Notes under the pieces: model-generated
What the model saw: the letters and a program-made list of their open reading frames with translations, nothing else
Databases searched by the model: none
What the model was told of the DNA's origin: nothing
In this document: in pieces, positions 47,710 to 56,046 of the stretch
How positions within the stretch are numbered: position 1 is the first letter of the stretch
Layout: each line of letters opens with the position of its first letter
Made by a program: the position numbers and the translations under genes
Assembly (NCBI GenBank): GCA_905211645.1
Contig: CAJMBK010000008.1
Coordinates: 8,272-72,271 of the forward strand
DNA length: 64,000 nt
Direction: 5' to 3'
From: an uncultured Bacillales bacterium
GTDB taxonomy: Bacteria; Bacillota_I; Bacilli_A; RFN20; CAG-288

Positions 47710-49908
47710 CTATATGCTTACTGGATCCATATCCAACAACATTTTGGTATTATATGAAATTTTTATACTTTTCAACTTGTCTAAGCAACTAGAAATTTTA
47801 TCAAATTCCTTATATTTAATTAAGATGTTAATGATATATTTTCCACCTTCTCGTGAAATGTATGGGATATTTGGCCCGTAGATATTTGCAAAATCACTGA
47901 TGTGATTAACTAAAAATCTTTTAATTAACAAACTGTCATTAAACACTGAGCGAGAGTTGGTGTTTTTTAAACGAATTAAAATTTGTTTTGAATATGGTGG
48001 ATCAAAAATCTGCTTTCTTTGTTTGAACTGCTCTTCAAAGAAGTGCTCGTAGTCGTTAGTTAGGGCATATTTAAACAAATTGAATTCTTTGTTGTAGGTT
48101 TGAATAAGTAATGTTCCTCCTTTGGAAAGTTTATCTCCAATATTGACAATATTCTGGTAGATGATTTCCTCTGAGTTGTAGAAAGGAATAGATAAACCTA
48201 AATCTGCATTGATAAAAGCAATTAAACCAACATTTTTGTAGTTAGGAACATTTAAAACTGCATTTGTAGCAACTAAAATATTGAACTTATTCTCATTAAA
48301 ACCGTAGATAAGTTTTTTCACTTCGTTATCTTTCATATCCGCAGTCAAAGTTTGAATGGAATAATTTGGTCTTAATCTATTCAAATCTTCAACAGTTTTG
48401 TCCATACCAAAACCAATTTGTTCGAAGTCTTGTGAAAAACATTTCTTGCATGTCACTTCCATTGGACTTAGATAAGTATGGCAGTGATTGCAGTAATATT
48501 TATCACCTTTTTTGTAATAAATAAGTGGTGAATTACAAGTTTCACATTTCAAAACAGTTCCACATTCTGAGCACTCACTAAGTGAGGAATAACCTTTTCT
48601 ATTTTCAACTAAGATTACTTGTTTATTTCGTTTGATGGTTTCATCAATTTTAGCAAGTAATGTTTGTGAGAAAGTTGAAAATCCTTCAACTTGTTCATTT
48701 GGTGAAGTCATATCAATAACTAAAGAAGATGAACTTTCCTTCAATTTCATTGCGAAATCCCCAATCTTTTTAGTTTTTGCATATGCATAAAGTTCAATTG
48801 TAGGTGCCTTAGAAAGTAAGAATAACTTACAGTTTTCTTCATATTTAACTTTCTTCATGAAAACATCCAAATATCTATATGTAGGAGCACCATCTCGTTT
48901 ATAAGCAGAAACATCTTCAGCACTTAAAACTAAGATTGTTCTTAAATTTTTAATGTTTAAAAAGGTACCTATTTGAGTAGCGATAACAATGCTCTTCTCT
49001 TTATTTTTGATTTCTTCATAAGTTTGATAAATCTCAGTATCACTCATGGAAGAATGATAGATATCAACATCATCAAAGTAATTATTAAAGACTGAATAAA
49101 TGTAATTTAAATAACCTAAACTAGGAACAATAATAAGTGTCGATTGTGATATAGAATAATTTCCTTTAGCCATATCAAGCATTAAAGAAATAGACTTATT
49201 TAACGACAAAAAGCTGACTAAATTAATGTTCTTATCGGTTTGAATTAGTTTGTTTTTCAATGTAACTAACTCACAACTTTCATCTTTAGAAAAGTCTAAT
49301 TCATACAATTTCTTGTCGTTTAAAACTACTCTTTCAACAACTTTAAGATAATTTCTTTGGACTAAAAATTGAGCATATACTCTATCTTTATAAGAGTTCG
49401 CTAAAACATCTTCAGTTTTAACTTTATTTATCAGATCCAACTGTTTTTCACTCAACAAAGAATAGTCATTATTCCCACCTAACTCTAAGTAAGAAATCTT
49501 TCTACCTTTTGTATGATTCAAAGCAGACTTTTTAACCTTCATAACTGGAGGAAACATGGTAGAAATTACGGTAGCAAGTGAAGTTTTGTAGTAATTGGAT
49601 AAATTTTTAGCAAAGTCCATCATGTTTTCGGTCATGATAGGATCTTCATCTAAAACTTTAATGATATCTTTAAGTTTGAATCCTTTTAGATTTTCATATT
49701 CTTCTCTGGATAAATTAGTTTCATAAACATCGATAACAAGTCCTACTTCAAAATTCTTTTCATTCAATTTGGCATCCTTTTTAACTTGACCAAATTGAAC
49801 ATAAACTCTTTGACCAGACTTACAAGAAATATTTTCATCACAAAAGTAAGTGAATCCTTCACTATCCATTTGAATATTTCTATCGACAATAACCGTAACT
49901 AATTTCAT
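47710..49908 (-). CDS. PriA-like primosomal protein N' homologue lacking helicase ATPase motifs
   Basis: N-terminal 3'BD-like region, SATP-like LSKAPT, Cys4-Cys4 region CSECGTVLKCETC...CNHC...CKKC; Walker A replaced by PSLGYLNYIY, DEEH by SAED, motif VI arginines absent. Confidence 0.6.
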   Translation of the reverse strand: MKLVTVIVDRNIQMDSEGFTYFCDENISCKSGQRVYVQFGQVKKDAKLNEKNFEVGLVIDVYETNLSREEYENLKGFKLKDIIKVLDEDPIMTENMMDFAKNLSNYYKTSLATVISTMFPPVMKVKKSALNHTKGRKISYLELGGNNDYSLLSEKQLDLINKVKTEDVLANSYKDRVYAQFLVQRNYLKVVERVVLNDKKLYELDFSKDESCELVTLKNKLIQTDKNINLVSFLSLNKSISLMLDMAKGNYSISQSTLIIVPSLGYLNYIYSVFNNYFDDVDIYHSSMSDTEIYQTYEEIKNKEKSIVIATQIGTFLNIKNLRTILVLSAEDVSAYKRDGAPTYRYLDVFMKKVKYEENCKLFLLSKAPTIELYAYAKTKKIGDFAMKLKESSSSLVIDMTSPNEQVEGFSTFSQTLLAKIDETIKRNKQVILVENRKGYSSLSECSECGTVLKCETCNSPLIYYKKGDKYYCNHCHTYLSPMEVTCKKCFSQDFEQIGFGMDKTVEDLNRLRPNYSIQTLTADMKDNEVKKLIYGFNENKFNILVATNAVLNVPNYKNVGLIAFINADLGLSIPFYNSEEIIYQNIVNIGDKLSKGGTLLIQTYNKEFNLFKYALTNDYEHFFEEQFKQRKQIFDPPYSKQILIRLKNTNSRSVFNDSLLIKRFLVNHISDFANIYGPNIPYISREGGKYIINILIKYKEFDKISSCLDKLKSIKISYNTKMLLDMDPVSI

Positions 49909-49958
49909 ATATTCCTATTATAAAAAAGTTCAAGATAACATTTCATTTATCTTGAACA

Positions 49959-50543
49959 CTAATCTTCTAATGAATCAATTTTGTCTCTGATAATTTCTTG
50001 TATAGCATTTGCTGCTTTTTGAATATCATCATTAACTACTGTGAAATCGTACATATTTGCAAGTTTCATCTCTGATTGAGCCTTTTCAAGTCTTTCACGG
50101 ATAACTTCTTCAGTCTCAGTCTTTCTATTTCTGATACGATTTTCAAGTTCTTCTAAGCTTGGTGGAACTAAAAAGATTGTAACCATGTGATCATCTTTGT
50201 AGTGATCCATAACTTGTTTAGCACCATTAATTTCAATCTCTAAGAATACGTTTTTACCTCTATTTAAGAGCTCTAAGACATAATCTTTAGGTGTGCCGTA
50301 GTAATTACCAACAAATTGAGTATACTCGAGGAATCCGTCTTCTTTGATCTTCTCTTTAAATTCTTCTTTGGTAACAAAAAAATAGTCCTTACCATCAATT
50401 TCCAAATTTCTAGGTTTTCTAGTTGTCATAGAAATTGAATATACAAGGTTTAAACTTAAATCTGCCATAACCAAGCGTCTGACGGTACCTTTACCAACGC
50501 CAGAAGGACCAGAAAGGACTATCAAAATTCCTCTTTTGTTCAT
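49959..50543 (-). CDS. gmk: guanylate kinase
   Basis: ILIVLSGPSGVGKGT P-loop, 194 aa. Confidence 0.9.
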   Translation of the reverse strand: MNKRGILIVLSGPSGVGKGTVRRLVMADLSLNLVYSISMTTRKPRNLEIDGKDYFFVTKEEFKEKIKEDGFLEYTQFVGNYYGTPKDYVLELLNRGKNVFLEIEINGAKQVMDHYKDDHMVTIFLVPPSLEELENRIRNRKTETEEVIRERLEKAQSEMKLANMYDFTVVNDDIQKAANAIQEIIRDKIDSLED

Positions 50544-50641
50544 ATTTACCTCTTAGAATAGTAAATATTATAATAATAAAGCTTTGTTTTTGAAAAATAT
50601 ATTTTAAGAAAGAGCTTGCATTTTTTTAGAAAGGGCTTTAA

Positions 50642-52270
50642 ATGGCATTAGATAATCTAGTTATTGAAAAAATCGTAAATAAATTAAATTCAGAATTATT
50701 GAATAGTTATGTCGGTGAAATCATTAAAATCAGCCAAAATGACTACTCTTTTCCTTTGCACGCTCTTGAAAGTGAGACTAAAAAACGCACAAATCTCATC
50801 ATTTCAATGGATAATAAGAATCCTTTGATCACTTCAACCGATGAAACATTATACAAAGTTAACGATAACACACCTTTTTTCAATGTTTTAAAGAAAATTA
50901 AAGGTACAAAATTAACTAAAATTGAAAAGTTGAAAGGTGAAAGAATCATCACTTTAACTTTCATGAAAGATAATAGAGGTGATGCCTTAGTTATCGATGA
51001 TGAAGTTGGCTACAAACTCATCGTTGAACTCTTTGGTAATCATCCAAATTTAGTCATGATTTCCATGAAAACAAATCTTATTGTAAATATATATAAGGAA
51101 AAAGGAGATTTCTTATCCGAAAATTTCATTGGTAAAAATACTCCTTACGTTTACTGTGATGAAAGAAAATTATTCTACGATTGTGAAACCTTAGAAGAAT
51201 GCCAAACTTACTTATCAAATAAAACCTTTGAGTATCTTTCAAACTATGTAAATAGCTCAAATAAGTGCTTAAAAGAAGTACAAGATGAAATTTTTAACTC
51301 AAAAGTTCTTTATATCATCAAAAACTCAATCCAACCATATCATTTTGGAATCGAAACAGCTATTCCAATTGAAATTGATGACCTTTTCAAATACTTCAAT
51401 GCCAATCAGAAGCAAGTTGCCGAGTCTTTGAAAGAAGAAAAACTCAAAAAAGAGCTTGTAAGATTGAATAAAACAATACACAAGAAGATTAAAAATCTTC
51501 AGGAAGACTTGGAAAAAGCAAAGAAAAACATCATTTTTAAAGATTACGGTATCTTACTTTTGAATAATCAAGAGCTCTACAAACCAAATATGGAGCAGAT
51601 TACTCTTGAAAATCAAACTATCAAATTGGATCCAAATTTAAGTGCGGTTGAGAATGCTTCAGCATACTTTAAAAAGTATCATAAAGCCAAACAAGCACTA
51701 ATTATTTTGACTGAACTTATCGCAAAAACTGAAGATGAAGTTAGTTATTTAGATAACAAACTTCTTAATTTTGATAAAGCTACTCCACGTGATTTAATGG
51801 AATTAAAGGAAGAACTTGTCTTAACAGGTTACTTAAAATCCACCAAGAAAAATACCAAAGGTAAGAAATCTAAAAAGCCAAACACCAATATCAAAGTCTA
51901 CAAACCACATCAATTAGATACAGACTTTGGCACAATTCTTTTTGGTATGAACGATTTACAAAACGAATCTTTAACGTTCAAAATAGCAAATAAAGAAGAT
52001 ATTTTTGTTCATATCAAAGATTATCCAGGTGCACATATTTTAATTAGAAGAGTAGATTATAACAAGAATAGCAAAAACATCTTAGAACTCGCAGGCAAAA
52101 TTGCTTTATTCTTATCCAATGTATCATCAGGCGAAATTCAATACTGTCAAATTACCAAAGTTAAAAAGAGAAACGTAAAATTAGGTCTTGTTACTTTAAG
52201 AGAATATCAAACATTTTTCACTAAACTTGACGATAAAGATTTACTCTATTTCAAGAAAGCAATTAAGTAA
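50642..52270 (+). CDS. rqcH: RqcH/NFACT-family ribosome quality-control protein (fibronectin-binding protein A homologue)
   Basis: N-terminal NFACT-N pattern, coiled-coil middle, C-terminal NFACT-R block DYPGAHILIRR; Bacillus yloA synteny near gmk. Confidence 0.7.
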   Translation: MALDNLVIEKIVNKLNSELLNSYVGEIIKISQNDYSFPLHALESETKKRTNLIISMDNKNPLITSTDETLYKVNDNTPFFNVLKKIKGTKLTKIEKLKGERIITLTFMKDNRGDALVIDDEVGYKLIVELFGNHPNLVMISMKTNLIVNIYKEKGDFLSENFIGKNTPYVYCDERKLFYDCETLEECQTYLSNKTFEYLSNYVNSSNKCLKEVQDEIFNSKVLYIIKNSIQPYHFGIETAIPIEIDDLFKYFNANQKQVAESLKEEKLKKELVRLNKTIHKKIKNLQEDLEKAKKNIIFKDYGILLLNNQELYKPNMEQITLENQTIKLDPNLSAVENASAYFKKYHKAKQALIILTELIAKTEDEVSYLDNKLLNFDKATPRDLMELKEELVLTGYLKSTKKNTKGKKSKKPNTNIKVYKPHQLDTDFGTILFGMNDLQNESLTFKIANKEDIFVHIKDYPGAHILIRRVDYNKNSKNILELAGKIALFLSNVSSGEIQYCQITKVKKRNVKLGLVTLREYQTFFTKLDDKDLLYFKKAIK

Positions 52271-52326
52271 TTAAAACCAATCAGAAAACTTACATTTTTT
52301 GTTGAAAGTCCATATTTATAAAAAAC

Positions 52327-52355
52327 TTGCTAAGAAAGTTTTTGTATTATATAAT
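52327..52355 (+). promoter_or_regulatory. candidate promoter TTGCTA-17-TATAAT for tRNA-Thr
   Basis: TTGCTA 52327-32, TATAAT 52350-55, 13 nt before tRNA 5' end. Confidence 0.45.
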
Positions 52356-52368
52356 TATTGAGCATTTT

Positions 52369-52439
52369 GCCTTGTTAGTTAAGTGGTATAACGGATCCAT
52401 GGTAAGGATCAATCGCTAGTTCGATTCTGGCACGAGGCA
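52369..52439 (+). tRNA. tRNA-Thr (anticodon GGT)
   Basis: acceptor gccttgt/acgaggc, anticodon arm gatcc-atGGTaa-ggatc, TTCGATT T-loop, followed by T-run. Confidence 0.8.
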
Positions 52440-52494
52440 TTTTTTTAATATCAATTTGTACGATATTAAAAAGTGAATGCTAATTTATTTATCT

Positions 52495-52528
52495 TAATTA
52501 ATTTATTAATTATTCGTTTTGTTATAAT
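52495..52528 (+). promoter_or_regulatory. candidate extended -10 promoter (TGtTATAAT) for thioredoxin-like gene pair
   Basis: TGTTATAAT at 52520-52528. Confidence 0.35.
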
Positions 52529-52584
52529 TAATGAGTATTTAAACAAAACATTAAATATATCTATTTTTTGTTGAGGTGTTTTAG

Positions 52585-53262
52585 ATGTCAGATAAGAAGA
52601 AAAAACAAGAAACCGGTGTTGAAAGCGTCACTGCTACACCTTATGGTGAAGCAACAGTCAATAAGAGCAGTAACACCATCAAAAATAAATTTAGAATCTT
52701 CTGGAGATGGTTCAAAGAAGATGCAACCTGGCTCCAAGTCTTACTTATTATTCTCGTAATTTTCGGTGTATTTATCGGTGTTTCATATTCAATTCCAGCA
52801 ATTAAGAATGCAATTGAACAAGGTAAAGTATCAACTTTCTATAAAGATCATCAAATTACATATGCTGAACTTGAAGAAAAGAGAAAATCAGAAGAACAAT
52901 TCACTGTCTTCTTCTATGGTGAAAATTGTACTCACTGTGAAACTGTTCAAAACGGTGTTGAAGAATACTACACTGATTTAGGTAAAGATAATGTTGTCTA
53001 CACCATCAATATTGAAGATAAAGACTACATCACACAAGAACAAATCACATTCTTACACGATGAATTAGCAGTTGTCTACGATACTCAAGATCCTGAATAT
53101 ATTTCCTCAGAATACAAGAGCTTCACAGATGCTTCATCAACTGGTATCCCAACTCCTACAATTGTTATCTACAGAGATGGTACTCCAATTAGAGTTGTTT
53201 TAGGTATCGATGAATCTAACCCTGTTAAATATTTATCTGATACTTTCTACGATAATTTATAA
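52585..53262 (+). CDS. membrane-anchored thioredoxin-like protein (extracytoplasmic CxxC)
   Basis: N-terminal Lys-rich segment + single TM, then Trx-like domain with FFYGENCTHCE. Confidence 0.6.
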   Translation: MSDKKKKQETGVESVTATPYGEATVNKSSNTIKNKFRIFWRWFKEDATWLQVLLIILVIFGVFIGVSYSIPAIKNAIEQGKVSTFYKDHQITYAELEEKRKSEEQFTVFFYGENCTHCETVQNGVEEYYTDLGKDNVVYTINIEDKDYITQEQITFLHDELAVVYDTQDPEYISSEYKSFTDASSTGIPTPTIVIYRDGTPIRVVLGIDESNPVKYLSDTFYDNL

Positions 53263-53285
53263 TTTCTAGTTTAATAATGTCATTT

Positions 53286-53313
53286 AAGCCACTCCAAAAA
53301 AGTGGCTTTTTTG
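53286..53313 (+). terminator. intrinsic terminator between the two Trx-like genes
   Basis: aagccac/gtggctt stem + ttttttg; followed by TGTATAAT-like -10. Confidence 0.5.
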
Positions 53314-53330
53314 TATAATTTAAATCGCAT

Positions 53331-53891
53331 ATGAAAAAAATAAAATACTTAACTTTAACATTTGTTTCTCTTTTTTCTCTTCAAAGTTGTAACATTTACA
53401 AACAAAATACTGTTAACTATGAGGAGTATCTTACTCATTGTGATAATGACGAAACATTTTTCTTGTCTTTATATGGTACTTCATGCCATGCATGTGAATC
53501 AGCTTTAAAAGATGTAACTTCTTATTTCAAAAATAATCAAGAAGTTCCAGTATATTTCATGGATGCTCAAACTTTATTCCAAACTGGAAATGAAAGCCAA
53601 AGAGAAAATATTTACAATACAGTTGTTTCAGCCTACACAAAAAATGAAGCAAATTATCGCTATAGATACTTCACTTCTGAAATTAGTGAAGTCACTTCTG
53701 AAAACTTCAAAGATTATTTCCCAAGTTTAGTTACACCTACTAACATTCTTTTTAAAGATGGTGAAGCAGTTTCGGTTAGATTTGGTTATTACAATCTTGC
53801 TAAAGATGCTACACCAGAAAACCAAACTTTGGAAGAAAACGGAGTTGCTGAAACATTGGATAACATGCTTAAACAAGCAGGTCTCAAATAA
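53331..53891 (+). CDS. thioredoxin-like lipoprotein (paralogue of preceding gene)
   Basis: Signal peptide with lipobox LQSC, then LSLYGTSCHACE CxxC motif; alignable to 52585-53262 product. Confidence 0.6.
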   Translation: MKKIKYLTLTFVSLFSLQSCNIYKQNTVNYEEYLTHCDNDETFFLSLYGTSCHACESALKDVTSYFKNNQEVPVYFMDAQTLFQTGNESQRENIYNTVVSAYTKNEANYRYRYFTSEISEVTSENFKDYFPSLVTPTNILFKDGEAVSVRFGYYNLAKDATPENQTLEENGVAETLDNMLKQAGLK

Positions 53892-53942
53892 AAAACTTTG
53901 TCTACCAATCTGATAAACAAAGCCATAATTTACAATATAAGT

Positions 53943-53969
53943 AATTCACCTTCGGGTGAATTATTTTTT
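53943..53969 (+). terminator. intrinsic terminator overlapping coaD stop
   Basis: aattcacc-ttcg-ggtgaatt + tttttt. Confidence 0.55.
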
Positions 53970-54431
53970 GTTCCAATATTTAATTACGCTCTTAGGAACT
54001 AAACTGGAAATATCTGCTCCGTAAAGATGCAATTCTTTAATTGTTGAAGAAGATAAGAAAGAATATTCTTTACTTGCCATGAAGAAAATGGTTTCGATAT
54101 TTTTATCGATAAATTCATTTGTTGAGTGAACCATAAATTCATATTCGTAATCAGTAACAGCTCTTAATCCTCTAATTAAACAGGTTGCACCAACTTCTTT
54201 AGCTTTATCAACAACTAAACCTTCAGTGTAAGTAACTTCGAAACCATCATAATCTTTGAAAGTTTCTTTAATCATTTCAATTCTTTCTTTCAAAGTGAAA
54301 GAATATTTTTTCTGTGTATTATTTGCAACACAGATAATAACTTTATCAAAGATTTTTCTAGCTCTTAAAGCAATTTCAACGTGACCATTTGTGATTGGGT
54401 CAAATGAACCCGGATATAAACAAACTTTCAT
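53961..54431 (-). CDS. coaD: phosphopantetheine adenylyltransferase
   Basis: YPGSFDPITNGH motif, 156 aa. Confidence 0.9.
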   Translation of the reverse strand: MKVCLYPGSFDPITNGHVEIALRARKIFDKVIICVANNTQKKYSFTLKERIEMIKETFKDYDGFEVTYTEGLVVDKAKEVGATCLIRGLRAVTDYEYEFMVHSTNEFIDKNIETIFFMASKEYSFLSSSTIKELHLYGADISSLVPKSVIKYWNKK

Positions 54432-54434
54432 AAT

Positions 54435-54983
54435 TTACTCCTCAATCAAGCGGTATTTACCTATATATTTTGAACCGTATTTGTAGGTTTTTAATTCAAA
54501 TCCTTCAATTTCTTCAGGAACTTCTAATGCTTCAAGAATAACTAAAGCACTTGGATTTAGCATATTATTATCATGAAGATAATGAAGAATATCTTTTGTA
54601 ATTTTCATTCTGTAAGGTGGATCTAGATAGACAATATCCAACATTACACCATTATTTTTCATGCTATTTAAGCATTGAATGTAATCCATTTTACTAAGAA
54701 TAACTTTCTTTTCTTCATCAATTGCTCTGACATTGTCTAAAAGAATCTTATAAACATTCCTATCAAGTTCATTCATATAAACTTTTGAGGATCCTCTGGA
54801 CAACGCTTCTAACCCAACTGCACCAGAACCAGCAAATAAATCTAAGAAAACTGAATTTGCTATATCAAAATTAAGAGAAGAAAAGACTGCTTCCCTAATT
54901 TTATCCATCGTTGGACGAGTTGTTGTGCTTGAAGGAATTTTAAGTTGTCTCCTTCTGTATTTACCACCAATAATTCTTAACAT
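54435..54983 (-). CDS. rsmD: 16S rRNA (G966-N2)-methyltransferase RsmD
   Basis: LDLFAGSGAVGLEA SAM motif, DPPY motif, 182 aa, upstream of coaD as in Bacillus ylbH. Confidence 0.85.
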   Translation of the reverse strand: MLRIIGGKYRRRQLKIPSSTTTRPTMDKIREAVFSSLNFDIANSVFLDLFAGSGAVGLEALSRGSSKVYMNELDRNVYKILLDNVRAIDEEKKVILSKMDYIQCLNSMKNNGVMLDIVYLDPPYRMKITKDILHYLHDNNMLNPSALVILEALEVPEEIEGFELKTYKYGSKYIGKYRLIEE

Positions 54984-54987
54984 AAGT

Positions 54988-55356
54988 CTACTTTAATACG
55001 GATAATATTTCAGTTTCCAATCTATTTACTAAAGATAAAAGTTGTTTCTTAGTTTCGTTATATTTTACAACTATTTCGTCACTGAAATACTCTTTTCTAA
55101 GTCGATAATATTCATCTTCCAATTTCTTAATTTCGTTCTTTGGCATGAAGCTTTTATACTTTTCAATCTGTTCAGAAATTTCATCTAGATGAGACTTTTT
55201 CAATCTTAAATTCACTGAGGAATCTAGTATCTTTTCTGCTTCAACAAAATTTTTGTAATAAGGGTGAAGTTTTATATCTTCATAAAGAGTATCAAGCAAC
55301 TTTTTAAGCTCTTCATCAATAAAACTATCACTAACTAAATATGAATTATCAACCAT
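54988..55356 (-). CDS. YlbF/YmcA-family regulatory protein (helical, ~120 aa)
   Basis: Helical 122-aa protein in the Bacillus ylbF position upstream of rsmD-coaD. Confidence 0.4.
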   Translation of the reverse strand: MVDNSYLVSDSFIDEELKKLLDTLYEDIKLHPYYKNFVEAEKILDSSVNLRLKKSHLDEISEQIEKYKSFMPKNEIKKLEDEYYRLRKEYFSDEIVVKYNETKKQLLSLVNRLETEILSVLK

Positions 55357-55404
55357 ATAGAAATTATAACATTTCGCATTTTATTAAATTTAGCGTGTAA
55401 ACTC

Positions 55405-55427
55405 ATATGAATATAATATATTCATAT
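55405..55427. promoter_or_regulatory. perfect 10-bp inverted repeat ATATGAATAT-aat-ATATTCATAT in divergent promoter region
   Basis: 55405-55414 / 55418-55427; between ylbF-like (minus) and def (plus). Confidence 0.3.
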
Positions 55428-55495
55428 CTTTTTAAATTTTGTTAAAATATTGTCAACCGATAAATCTAAATAATATTTTGTAAAGGAAAAATAAA

Positions 55496-56029
55496 ATGAC
55501 AATTCATTATGATGATGAAAAACTTCTTCATGAGAAGTTAATTCCTTGCGAGAAACCATTTTTGCAAGAAGATATAAATTTAGCTATAGAGATGAATAAA
55601 TACTTGCAACTTTCCCAAGATGAAGAATATGCAAGAAAAAATAATATCAGAAGTGGCGTTGGCTTAGCCGCAAACCAAGTTGGTTCCAGAAAACGTATCA
55701 TTGCAATCTACTTGGAAGATGACAAACTTTATTCCTATGCTTTACTCAATCCAGAAATCACATCTAAATCAGTTAAGATGTGTTATCTTTCAACTGGTGA
55801 AGGCTGCCTTTCTGTTCCAAAAGATCATAAAGGTTTAGTAATGCGTTCCTATAAAGTTACAGTTAAAGCTTACGATTGCTTAACTCAAAAGAACGTTGTT
55901 ATCAATGCAAAAGGCTATTTAGCCATCTGCTTACAACACGAAATTGACCATTTAAACGGAATTTTATATTACGATCACATCGATAAGACTAACCCTTATA
56001 AAGTCTTTGATGGTGCCGTTGAAATATAG
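55496..56029 (+). CDS. def: peptide deformylase
   Basis: GVGLAANQ, EGCLS, HEIDHLNG motifs. Confidence 0.9.
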   Translation: MTIHYDDEKLLHEKLIPCEKPFLQEDINLAIEMNKYLQLSQDEEYARKNNIRSGVGLAANQVGSRKRIIAIYLEDDKLYSYALLNPEITSKSVKMCYLSTGEGCLSVPKDHKGLVMRSYKVTVKAYDCLTQKNVVINAKGYLAICLQHEIDHLNGILYYDHIDKTNPYKVFDGAVEI

Positions 56030-56046
56030 GAGGTATCTGACAACTG

